From positions 95,976,001 through 96,040,000 of the forward strand of contig OX597820.1 in NCBI GenBank assembly GCA_951406725.2: a stretch of DNA of 64,000 bases. The letters run 5' to 3'. The notes under the pieces were generated by a model that was not told where the DNA came from, ran no database searches, and was given only the letters and a program-made list of their open reading frames with translations. Origin of the DNA: Octopus vulgaris. Taxonomy: Eukaryota. Below, piece after piece: positions 52,667-64,000 of the stretch (the stretch's first letter is position 1; each line of letters opens with the position of its first letter). Position numbers and translations under genes: made by a program.

Positions 52667-54249
52667 TTGCAAAAGGTTGTCTTTCTATTCTGGGGTTCCA
52701 AAACGTAAATTTTAGTAACATAACATAAATAGCGATTCCTTCCAGAAATATGCAACGTGTATAGAGTGAAGGCTTCAAAGTTAGAAATAAATGAAATGCC
52801 ATAAGTGTTATGGTCTGTCAAAAATAACAGGATCCTTTCTTGAAATACTTATACTGGAATTTCATTACTTTTGCATGAGTAAAAATATAATATTCAAACT
52901 TACAAGTATGTTCTTCGGTACGATATCTTCCGAGTTGTAAAATTCTTGTATTAATGTGATAAAACGTAACAAAATAATTCCCCGTTAAAACTATTCATTA
53001 AAATGATTAAAACGATCTGGAATATGTATTGCACGGCATATAAAAGAACAGCTTTATTCACTCCCCAACAAAAACAACCTTTCACGCCAGTAACCTTCCA
53101 AAAGCAAGGCCACGCGGGAATTTGCACATTTCGTTCATTAGAAGACGTGATTGGCAACAAAGGAGAGCTGAATTATTTTTTTTGTGGATGAAAAATATTA
53201 AAACTGTGTATTTTCTTCACAAGTATCATTAAATCTAATATACGTAAGACACAGCAGCTGAATACTGTTAACATTTTATAATGACAAGCGTAAGAGCAAC
53301 AGAAGATTTTACGAAATCACAACATCTCTTTGTGTTCATAGCTTCAGGATGTTCACAGTATCACTAGCAATTACAAAAATTAAACTGGTATGATATGATA
53401 TAGCAGGTGCAAATTGTAAAAGAAAAATTACTTATTGGATGAATGCTCATTAGCATAGTCTGAGTCGGCTCATTCGGTTGATTTACCATAGAATATCATG
53501 TAAATTAAAAAGAGGAAGGTCACTCGTATGTGAACGATATGGTCGTGTATAAGTGATACTTAACTTGAAAGCAGTAAAATGTTAATAACCCAACAGACAG
53601 TTCTGTAGCAGCAGGAGAGAGCAAAGTATAACGTAATCAATCATGTTATTTTATTTCATTCTTTAGTTGTTCTACTTTTGTCGTAGGAGCTGTAGAATAA
53701 GAGGTAACACAACTACAGGAAGACTAGAACGTAGTTTCAATCAACATTTGAGTCTATTTCACCTGAATGTTGGTGATAATGTTTTTTTTCTTTTCACGAA
53801 TTACGTGCATAAATTTCCCATCTCGAAAATGCAACGCTTCCGTTCTTAGTCTAAATGAAAATCAACTTTCCTTACATTTAAATTTTTGATGAGATCATCC
53901 CTTTCCAAAAGTTCTCACCAGTAAATAGATCGCACACCATATTTATAAAATGTTTAATGTAAAATGAAGTCTTCTTTTTAACGAACAATATCGTTACAAG
54001 CCTTAGAGACACCATTTGCCAGAAGTATTGTGACATGTAATTTTGTTAAGATATTAAAGCAGGAAACGAGAAACAATTACGTAAAATTTATCGACTTGAG
54101 CAGAGAATATAATTATACTACTACAGGAAAATACCAATAAAACTACTCCCTAAGAATTTAAGACTATATCGTAAAAAGAAATTAGAAACACGAGATTGTC
54201 AAAATATTTCCCATCTCACACACATTGGAAACACCCACAATGCCGTGTT

Positions 54250-57200
54250 GGTGAGGGGAGTTGAGCGCTCATCATTTATAAAATGTCCCAATGGCCTGCT
54301 CAGGACGTATCTCCTGATAGCCAAGCACGACTCCTTTGCCAAACCAGCAGAAGAGTGGGAAAAGGCGAGTATCTGGCACCTTCAAATAACCAGTGCTACG
54401 GGTAACTGTACTCGTTAGTCTTAGAGGGTAAGCAGCCTAGGAGAAGGTACACTCTGAGTTCAAAAGCATCCTAGAAGGATAGTATCTCGATGAAAATACC
54501 GGTTGGTAGTAACCTACCAACACAAATGTGAGTGAAAATGCCAAGCAAAATACATGACGATAACTGTGTGTACGGGACTGGAACCAATGGTGAAAGTACT
54601 GCACCCAGCAGGTGCCGCACTATGCATCAGAGTGGGTCCGGTCATAATTCAAACACTACTAGCCATGCTACATGATGGAAGTGGAGTAAACAAGTAAACA
54701 TGATGGTTATGGGATGTTACTACCGGAGCATTCCAGTAGATGCGAATGGCGTTCCTGTCAGAGGGTACAGAAAAGGAATGAATAGTGAATGGAAGGGAAT
54801 GGGTCTGTTTGAAATTACTGAACAGAGATTATGTGATCAAGTATGGGCGATACGAAAGAATGGATGGCTAACAGAATTGGAGCTAGAATCTATTAAAAGA
54901 AGGATATCGAGTGATGCTGGGCATACGAGAAATGAAAGTGGTATAGTGAAAGAGATGGACAATGTTTGTAAGAATGTACTACCATGGATTGTGAAAGAAT
55001 TGAGATCAGTGACTACTCTAACAATGAAGATCGATTAATAATAGGTGGAATTTTGGATCTATTATATATAGAAGAGACAGAATCTATGTCACTTGAAGAA
55101 GGCTAACGAATGGAGACTAAATCAATAGACGAATCAATAATGTATTGAGACACATTGGAACAAAGAAGATCAAAGAAAAAAAGTTTTATCAAGGCTGATA
55201 GTAGAATTATGGCAGAAAGGATGGGATTGAGAACTACTGAGAACAGAACAGACACGGATGGAGAAGGAAATAAAGAACCTTGGTGGAAAAAGAAAATTTC
55301 AGAAGATATAAACTCCTTTAACAGTGTAAATGTAGTGTCAATACATGTCAGGAAAACAAATGGAGAACTTAAGAATGAAAGGAAATTCGAAAAAGTCAGG
55401 AAGAAGTAAGGTGTCGATACAAAAGGCCTGAATGTTGTAACTGAATAACTCAAGCAGCGCATACTTGCAAAAACAAAAGTAGAGCTAACTAGGTCTGAGC
55501 AACCGATTAAGCAAATTCGGCAAAAGAAATTGTTTAAAACCAACTAATAAAGATTTTATCAAGATATTAATGATGAGAAAAGAATGTGAAATATTAGTCA
55601 CTGATGCTGATGAAAGTCGACTTTTCTGGGGTAAGATATGGAGTAATAAAGAACAGCACAATACTACAGCTGAATGGCTCTACAACCTGAAGTAAACAGC
55701 TTCTTATACCCAGTAAGACGCTATCCACTTCACAAAAGTCAGTAACAGTAATATGAGCAAAAAGATAAGCAATTCTAAAGCAGCAGGACCTGATGGTAGA
55801 CAAGGATTTTGGAGAAAAAATTTCAATAGTTGCCATAAATTGATCACAGAGCAATTTAATGCATTGATCAATGGAGAAGAAGAAATCCGGGGTTGGTTGA
55901 CAAAAGGACGAACAGTATTTTGTCTGAAGGATGCATCAAAGGGAAATGCTGCTGACAATTACAGACCATTTCTTGCCTGCCATTAATGAGGAGGTTTCTG
56001 TCAGGAGGAATTTGCAGAACTGTGCAAATTTCTTGATGAGAACGATATATTACCGACAGAACAAACAACTGTAGAAGGAGATGCCAAAGATTAATTGTCT
56101 CAAACAATCAAATACCTCCTCTTCATAGATGATTTGAAACTGTATGGCAAGGATGAGACACAATGACTTTCTTAGTGAACACGGTCCATTGTTTTAGTAC
56201 TAATATTAGAATGGAATTTGGACTCAAGAAGTGCGGAATAATCTACTTAAAAAGAGACAAGGTACAGTTCCTAGCAGAGATAGCATTGCTGAATAGATAC
56301 TTGATTAAGCAAATTGAAACAGAAGGCCTTAGTGTACTGGAATACAACGAGATAAATGAAAGAGAAACTGAAGATGGAATATTTCCGAAGACTAAGATGT
56401 TGCGCTCAAAATTGACTGGATGGAATAAAATCCTAGCAGTTAATACGTGGGCAATAGCATCATTTCGGTATGGACCAGGAATTATAAAATGGCAAAAGAG
56501 AGAAGTGACTAAAATGGATACCATGACCTGAAAAACATTGACAATACACGGAGCCTTCCACCCTAAAAGTGACACTGATAGGCTGTACTTATCCAGATGA
56601 AATAGTGGGAAAGGTCTGATTAGTTGTCAGGACTGTATCGAAGCAGAGGAAAACAGCCTAGAGTGGTATATAAAAAATGCCGTGGGGCCATTGTTGAAAT
56701 ATTCGAAGAAGGCCGGCGTCATCAAAACTGATAATTTTGTAATGAAAGAAAATTTTAAAGAAGAAATGAACGTAAAAAAGAAACAGCATGGAAAGAGAAA
56801 ACAATGTGCGGTCAGTTCGTAAGAGATGTGAACGCCAAAACATATACAGAGGCCCAGTCGCTATGGATGAGGAGGAGCGACCTGAAGATACATACAGAAG
56901 CACTCATATACTCATATGCGCAGCTCAAGAACAAGCGTTAAGGACTATGTGAAGTGGAGAATAGACAACACTACCGACAGCGACAAATGCAGAATGTATG
57001 GTGAGAGGGGTGAAACGGTATGGCACATCGTTAGCGAATGTCCGAAATTGGTACAACGCGAATACAAAAGACGCTATGGTAATGCAGCTCCACTGGGAGC
57101 TCTGTGGAAAACACGTCCTACAAAGAGCAAAGACGTGGTATCAGCAGACTCCAGAAGGAGTCCCCGGGAATGAGAATTGCAAAACCCTGTGGGATGCAAT

Positions 57201-57639
57201 GATTCCGTGCGGTACCCTGACCAGACATCGGAAACCGGACATTGATCTGGTGAGTAAAAAAGAAAGAACATGCATGATAATCGACATAGCATGCCCCGGT
57301 GACAACAAGAGCAATGTGAAAGAAGACAAAATAAACAACTATGACGACTTGAAGTGGGAAATACGAAGGTTTTGGTCAATGAGGAGAGCAGACATGATAC
57401 CAATCGTAATTGGCGCACTTGGAAGTAATCAGCATTTAACTACCAACATGGCTGAAAAAGATTGGTGCAAGTGTGGAGGTAGTAGAACAACTAAAATTCA
57501 ACAATACTTGGAACTGCAAGAATTATTCGCAGGCTTCTTGAAGGATGATCAGTAAACAAGTATGGCCTTTGTCTGCTGGCTGTGGACAGCTGACAGTTCC
57601 CATCATTCCCAGCAAAATAAGCTGTGAGTTTCCATCGCA
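54250..57639 (+). mobile_element. Near full-length decayed R4/Dong-clade LINE (5'UTR, N-terminal domain, RT with internal deletion, zinc knuckle, REL) ending in (TAA)n
   Basis: GYRKGM..TEQRLCDQVWAIRKNGWLTELEL; KAAGPDG..FW; WLTKGRTV..KD..NYRP; YLLFIDDLKLY (~56112-56145); MEFGLKKC; HPKSDTDRLY; CRMYGERGETVWHIVSEC; RKPDIDLV..IIDIACPGD. Confidence 0.93.
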
Positions 57640-57674
57640 TAATAATGATAATAATAATAATAATGATAATAATG

Positions 57675-57763
<89 letters not shown>

Positions 57764-57780
57764 AAGAACAACAATGATAA
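57640..57780. repeat. (AAT)n(AAG)n tract at the Dong 3' end
   Basis: Direct reading. Confidence 0.95.
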
Positions 57781-57784
57781 TATG

Positions 57785-58070
57785 CCCTGATGCAATCCCA
57801 GGTACTGGCTCTCATGACATTTGAGCTTAATTGATTTGAAGTGATATCATGTACATGTTTTGTGTTGGTATAAAAGATGGGCTATAGTAAATATTCTACT
57901 CAATACTACAGATTGGCTTCCCAGTTGCTTGACATCACTTGCTTTATCGACTCTGAATTGATGAAAGGTAAAATCAACCTTGGCAGAATTTGAACTAAGA
58001 ACGTGGCAACAGACAAAATGCCGCTATGCATTTCACCCGGCGCGCTAACGATTCTGCCAGCTCGCCGCCT
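57785..58070 (-). mobile_element. SINE family A copy with an alternative long 3' segment
   Basis: Reverse-complement head AAGGCGGCGAGCTGGCAGAATCGTTAGCGCGCCGGGTGAAATGC at 58070. 57785-57930 differs from the tails of the other copies. Confidence 0.8.
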
Positions 58071-58084
58071 TGTTAATATTAATA

Positions 58085-58302
58085 TTTCTGGTTTCAACTT
58101 TTGGCACAAGGCCAGCACTTTCAGAGGAAGCGGTAAGTCAATTACATCAACCTGTTGCTCAATTGGTACTTATTTTACCGGCTCGGAGGTGATGAAAGGC
58201 GAAGTCGACCTCGACTGGCTTTGAACTCAGAACGTAAAGACGGAGGAAATGATGCTAAGCATTTTGACCGGAGTGCTAAGGATTTTACCAGCTCGCTACC
58301 TT
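58085..58302 (-). mobile_element. SINE family A copy, tandem to the previous one
   Basis: GATGAAAGGCGAAGTCGACCTCGAC..TTTGAACTCAGAACGTAAAGACGG..CCAGCTCGCTACCTT. Confidence 0.85.
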
Positions 58303-59009
58303 ACATTACTATGTAAAAATCAGAGAAGTTTCAAAATCCCACTTTCTTTTTGTTTTTGATTATAAAAACATTATTACCAAAGTCAAAAACGCTATTTTGC
58401 TTTGTATATTCTTGTTTAACGCCAGGTAAACCCTGATTGAGCACACTTCTCATCGAAGACAATTAAAAGGTCATTATTCGTCTCTTGCAGAAAATGTAGG
58501 CTAACGTGATCTATTGCCTTTTATTTTTTTACTTTTCTCAAGAGTAGGATATAAAACGAGGGTGATTTAACTGCTGTTTAACAAGTTATATGATTCTGTA
58601 GAAGCTGCCTTTTTGGCTCTAAAATGTGTACGGTAGGGATGTATATCCAGTGATGTAAATACAAAATAAATTATAGAGAGAAAATGCCTATTGTTCTTTA
58701 TCTTTGGATGAAAATCATTATTCTTCACACTTGGTTGAGTGTCGATTATTGAATTTGCATCAATCAATAGAGCAACATCCTATAATTTAAAATTTGTTGG
58801 CGTAATACACATGCACTTGCGCACACATACAGGTGCTTATGTATAATAAATAGAGAGAGATGATATATATATATACATACTGCACAATATAAATTCATAC
58901 AGGCCTACTCGCGCGCGCATACACTCACACACTGGTGCGTGTGTGTGCATTTCTGTGTATCTATACATCATATCTGTATGAATGTGTGTGTGTGAATATA
59001 TATAAATAT

Positions 59010-59378
59010 ATAAGAAGTCTGTACCCCAACTACATGGTTCCAGGTTCAGTTCCACTGCGTGGCAACTTGAGAAACTATCTTCTCTAGCCTCGGGCCGACC
59101 AAAGCCTTTTGAGTGGATTTCGTAGACGGGAACTGAAAGAAGCCTGCATGTATGAGTGTTTTTGTGTTCTTGTGTCTATTTGCCCCACTACGGCTTGCTA
59201 ACCGGTGTTGGTGTGCTTACGTCTCCGTAACTTAGCTGTTCGGCATGAGAGTCCGATTGAACTTGCACCACGCATCATAATAAATAAGTTCTGAGTTCAA
59301 ATCATTCGACTAAAATTCTTTGGGACGGTTTCTCAGCATGGCCGCTGTCAATAAACTGAAACAGTGAAAAATAAAAGA
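59010..59378 (+). mobile_element. SINE family B copy
   Basis: ACATGGTTCCAGGTTCAGTTCCACTGCGTGGCA..GCCTCGGGCCGACCAAAGCC..CAGCATGGCCGC, collinear with 47340-47755. Confidence 0.88.
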
Positions 59379-61642
59379 TGTGTGTGTGTGTGTGTGTATG
59401 TGTGTGTGTTTCAAACACGTATACCTATGAATATGTGTTCATGTATGTACGCTTTTGTCTGAGTTTGTATGTGTGTGAGTTAAAGTAATTTGAATCCTGT
59501 TCCGAATATTTTTATACCATTAGTCGTGCATTTTTATCCACAAAATCTGCACTTGTATATCATTTGCAATTAATAAACAACGCTGCTGCTCATTTCATAT
59601 TAACCCTGCGTTGATAGCTGGTGGATATAAACTCAGTGAAATGAAATTCAATGAGAATTTTCAATCTTTGCATACTTGTTGTAGCAAACGAATTCCTTCG
59701 GGCAACACTTATACTGATGTATTTCGAATCAGCTTACATTTTGTTCCTTTTAAATCAGCTTATATTATATTCCTTCCCATAGTGTATTGTAATTCACCTC
59801 CAAACCCTCATTATTGCGGTTAAATATCATAGTCATAATAGCTTTTTTCTTTAAATCAAATTCTTATATTCATATCAGAAGGTAGATATTTTGAAAAAGT
59901 GAAGTATTATGTTACGCATTTCAAATTGTTAAAAAAGATTATTTAGTCAGGGAAAGAGCTCTAAAGAAGATTCCCCTGTTAGCTCAAACAGATCAAGATG
60001 CTTCGTAACTGTTCTATCGTTATTTCGAAATACTATTCGTTACTATTGGTAGAAATAAGAATTAGCTACATGAATTATGTATCTTGTTCTATTTTCACTT
60101 AAAACAGACTTCTCAAAATATCGTTCATAAAATAAAGTCTCATACAGACAACATTCTCAAATGAGGATGATATTTCTAGATCCATGTGAAGGCTCCTTTG
60201 TCAGATCCTCGATGTTATCGGTCTGTGAAGCGAAACGCTCCATTTTCAATGTAGGTTTGTTTAAAATATCGATATAGCAAATTGATGCGCACGCTTTGTT
60301 TAAACTATTTGCTCAGATGTACATAAATTCTTTCTACTTCGTTTGTAAATAGTTCATAGAATGTTTCATTCAATGGCGTACCAAAACACTCATCTTCAGC
60401 TTCATTGAAAACATCTATATATCATTCTCATTATCAGTATTCATCTAGAATATTGTCCACATTCAAATTTGAAAGTGCCAGATGGTGAAGTTTTAAAAAA
60501 CGCACATGGAAAAGGAGTTTAAACTTCAAGAGTAAAACAGCCACATCAAGCACGTATCTATGAGTGTTTAAAATTAAGGAGCCATTTTCCCACACTATAG
60601 ATGCCCTCACACAAACCCTTATGCGATCGAAATTCGCTCTTAATACTAAAGTAATCCAGTTATTACTGATTTAGATTCTGATATGTCCTCGTGTTTTCTC
60701 AGAAATTAGTGTCCAACCATAAAGTATATCAGGCTTTTGTCGTGAAACATAGTTAAAGCAAATAAAATTGCATGTTCATTGTTACGTATTTTAAATAAAG
60801 CTACACATAGCTTTTATTCGCGGTAATACAAATCAGACATATTGCTTAGAAATTTTCAGAAAGTAAAAGTAACATTAGAATATAAATCAAGGAATAATGT
60901 ACGTTGCTTGATTTGCATGAAATTAAATTCCATTTTCGTGAATAGTTTCATCTTGTTTCGACCATTTATTTGACTAGAATATCATTCGTTGTTTGCTTGA
61001 GAATATTTTTAAAGTTCTTTTATTTGCTGAAACGGCTCTTGTTAGCACCATTTTCAACATATGTGTTGCTGACTGTTTCTCATTATCTTTAGATATATAA
61101 TTTCAACTTCTAAATGGTATTCACCGACATTTCTTTCTTCAACTCAATACAAATTTAGGAAAAGCGTCATATTCAGAAAAAAGGAACTGCAAGAAATTCT
61201 CCTCAGGACAATGAAAGACAATACCAATGGAAACTCATTCCAGAGACTAAATCGAATTTTTATTTACCACTAAGTTTTGTTTCTTACTTATGTCGTCGTT
61301 ATGCAAAGTCAATCGAACTTCTACTAATCTATGGAGAGTTTACTGGTTTGTTTCCTCACACAGGTTTTACGTCAAGTTACGTTCACCTGGAGTTTGACCC
61401 GTTTTTTTAAAGCACTCCCCATTAGTGTATTATATAGTAAAGAAGACAACAGGTGAATCTGTATGTAGTCACTCCACCAGCAAAATCTCTCTCACATCAT
61501 CCCAAATTGCAACTTAATGAAATATAATCCGAGTACTCTATGACTGAAAAAAAAAACATGGATAGCCTGGAATGGCTAGAATGTCGTCATAGTCCTTTAG
61601 ATGAAGACCGAAAATGTTGCAGACAAACACAATAGCATAAAA

Positions 61643-61870
61643 GCGGCGAGCTGGCAGAAACGTTAGCACGCTGGGCGAAATGCTTAGCGGTATTTCGTCT
61701 GCCGTTACGTTCTGAGTTCAAATTCCGCCGAGGTCGACTTTGCCTTTCATCCTTTCGGGGTCGATTAAATAAGTACCAGTTATGCACTGGGGTCGATATA
61801 ATCGACTTAATCCGTTTGTCAGTCCTTGTTTGTCCCCTCTGCTGTAGCCCCTTGTGGGCAGTAAAGAATA
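61643..61870 (+). mobile_element. Well-preserved SINE family A copy with 12-bp TSD
   Basis: A-box-like CTGGCAGAAACG and B box GAGTTCAAATTCC. TSD AATAGCATAAAA (61631-61642) / AATAACATAAAA (61871-61882), one mismatch. Confidence 0.92.
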
Positions 61871-62289
61871 AATAACATAAAACTGTTACAATAAATTCGT
61901 GTTCATGTAATTTTAAACAACGGTACATTTTTATCAATGTAGAAAGGGTTTTGATTATTTACAACGTTGAAATAAATTGCTGCATATGTGTTTATTCTAG
62001 TAACGTTTCTGACGAAATTTTATCATAAACTATATTCATCATCTTTTATTTTTAATAATGGCTTATGTTAACTAGGCACATGCCTAATTTTCAAAGAATA
62101 GGGAGGTTAACAATTATTACGACCCCCCCATCCCCGAATATAACCGGTTTTAATTATATAGATGCAGCAGGATGTCAACTTAAACGCGTAGATAAAGTAA
62201 ATTATTCCCAAGTCACAAATAACAGATTTCGTAAAATGCTATTCAAATTGTCAAAGAATATTTAATTACACCACTTTATGATTCTGATT

Positions 62290-62475
62290 GAAATCCCACA
62301 GGGTCAACTCTTATTCCTATTATCTCTGATCCCTTTTGATCGAAAACCTACTCCCTTTTTATTTTTTGTTTTTGTTTTTGTTTTCTTTTTTTATCTCCCC
62401 AAAAAGAAAAGCTCTACTTTGTATTTTGAACCCTCTGTGTTCAGCCCCGTGTGGCTAATAAAGAAACATATCTCT
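62290..62475 (+). mobile_element. Probable retroelement 3' end sharing its tail with SINE family A
   Basis: CCCTCTGTGTTCAGCCCCGTGTGGCTAATAAAGAAA resembles the SINE tail CCCTCTGCTGTAGCCCCTTGTGGGCAGTAAAGAA, but the upstream sequence is unrelated to the SINE body. Confidence 0.5.
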
Positions 62476-63439
62476 GAATTGTCGTCTCGTCAATGTGTGA
62501 TATACATGTTAGACAGAGAAGTATATTTATTAGATAGCACAATCAATATCTATTATATTGTGTATAGAGTGACGATTAATGTAATCAATAGCTAAACTTT
62601 TAGCGAGTCGAGCACGAATTATGGTATCCATCTGCAAACGTTACTGTCGTACTTCAGAAAATCTACTGCGATCAAAGAAGTGTAAATTCCAAGTCATTTG
62701 TACTACTACTACCTGTAAATAAAGTAGTATGATGGTATAAACTTATTATTTATTCATTTTCTCGTCTGAGTATTTCATCATATCTATTCAAGCGTCGATT
62801 TTCCTTCAGTTTCGTCTTGCCGATTGAATATTGTGGTAGGAATCCTAATTCTGTCGACGCTTGAACGAAACGTTAATAATAGTATTGTATCTAAAAGTAC
62901 ATCATTAACTCAAATTGGCGCTCTTATTTTCATGCATGATAATTGAAAAAAATATTAATTCTTATGACTTTCTCTGCAGGACTTTCAGGAGCAACACCAC
63001 ATGTAAAACAAAGTCTATGCATTATTAATATAGCTTATCAAAAATCCAATCTTTTCTATAAATTAATGCATACAAAGCAAACAAAACTCTTACATCTACG
63101 ATAATGAAAATGCAGATATGTATTTTACGTGCTACATATGTAATTTGTCCTAATAGATTTCAAGTTGCATATATTAAAGAGTTATCTTGAAGGCAACTGT
63201 GAGTTTTATAGAATATTTAAAATTATATCTCCCCTTGATCGTTAGGTAAAATGAACAATCCAAAATTTAGTGCTTTGAAATTTCACGCAACAAAACAGTA
63301 TTAAGTATTCTGCAAATTGTCGGATTTTCAGCCTACAACTTATGCTCTTTGATGATCCAAAAACTAGATAGCATGTAATTACTTACTTAATAATTCAAAA
63401 CTTCTTTTGTATACTGACATTACAATAGCGAAAAGTAAA

Positions 63440-63700
63440 AAATTATTTTGTGTTTGCTCAGTCTGGAGAAAGGGGTTTTGTCTATGAATCCTGTTGGCCC
63501 TTGGAAACCGGTGAGTATAATGTTATCAATATTCTATTTAAACTGTTGTTGGTTATTATTGCTGGAACTATTTGAGCTGGGAGGAGAATCTATAGAGCCA
63601 ATGTTCGTGAGAGAAAGGACTGGGCACGAAGAATGCACGAAGAATGACGAGAGGTGTAAATACCAGTGGTTCTGGGGTTCATGAGTGGTGGATGTGAAGA
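63440..63700 (-). mobile_element. CR1/L2-group LINE 3' relic
   Basis: Reverse strand reads SHPPLMNPRT..RAQSFLSRTLAL*ILLP..NNNQQQFK*NIDNIIL, resembling the SF..RT..LWN.LP......FK..IN C-terminus. Confidence 0.5.
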
Positions 63701-64000
63701 CACTAGCAGCAAGGATTGGTCACTATAACAACAAAACAGAGCGAGAGAGAGGAGGGGAGGGAGAGGGAGAGGTAACTCTATGTCTGTAGATCAAAGGCTG
63801 TATTGTGCCCATATGTGATCGAATACCAATTACTCGAGTGGCTCTTCACTAAACGAGACCCAGAATGTCGGTGTATGTAGTAGCAGCGCTGCCCTAAATT
63901 TAGGGTGTAATAGGAGTACTTCCTTGTAGGTTTCACTTTAGCCTCGTTGTTTGACTACGGTTGTTTGAGATTCAAACATATTCAAACATATTCTGGTGCT

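Noticed and set aside
53650-53710. Acceptor/donor-like signals as exon 2 for the 51911 ATG
   Set aside because: Splicing in the required phase hits a stop within a few codons, and such signals are common by chance in AT-rich DNA.

Overview
This is AT-rich, microsatellite-laden eukaryotic non-coding DNA. The SINE families and repeat mix look like an octopus/cephalopod genome (inferred from recognition, not verified). No intact host protein-coding gene can be supported, and most ORF-track entries are microsatellite read-throughs. The window is a transposon graveyard: a Ty3/gypsy gag-protease-RT relic, seven R4/Dong-type (REL-endonuclease) LINE copies mostly abutting (TAA)n, several Penelope-like element (PLE) relics with RT/GIY-YIG motifs, RTE and CR1-like LINE ends, mariner/Tc1 derivatives and MITEs, one complete non-autonomous Helitron, and at least three tRNA-like SINE families. 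The most interesting signal is at the RNA level. Several 130-600 bp fold-back (inverted-arm) cassettes sit beside (TA)n tracts, and several of these, plus the PLE terminal repeats, carry type-I hammerhead ribozyme motifs. Three motifs have complete cores (8867-8904 -, 30946-31038 +, 50651-50696 +), and one PLE terminal repeat couples a tRNA-like Pol III head to a hammerhead. All calls are by eye and boundaries of decayed elements are approximate.
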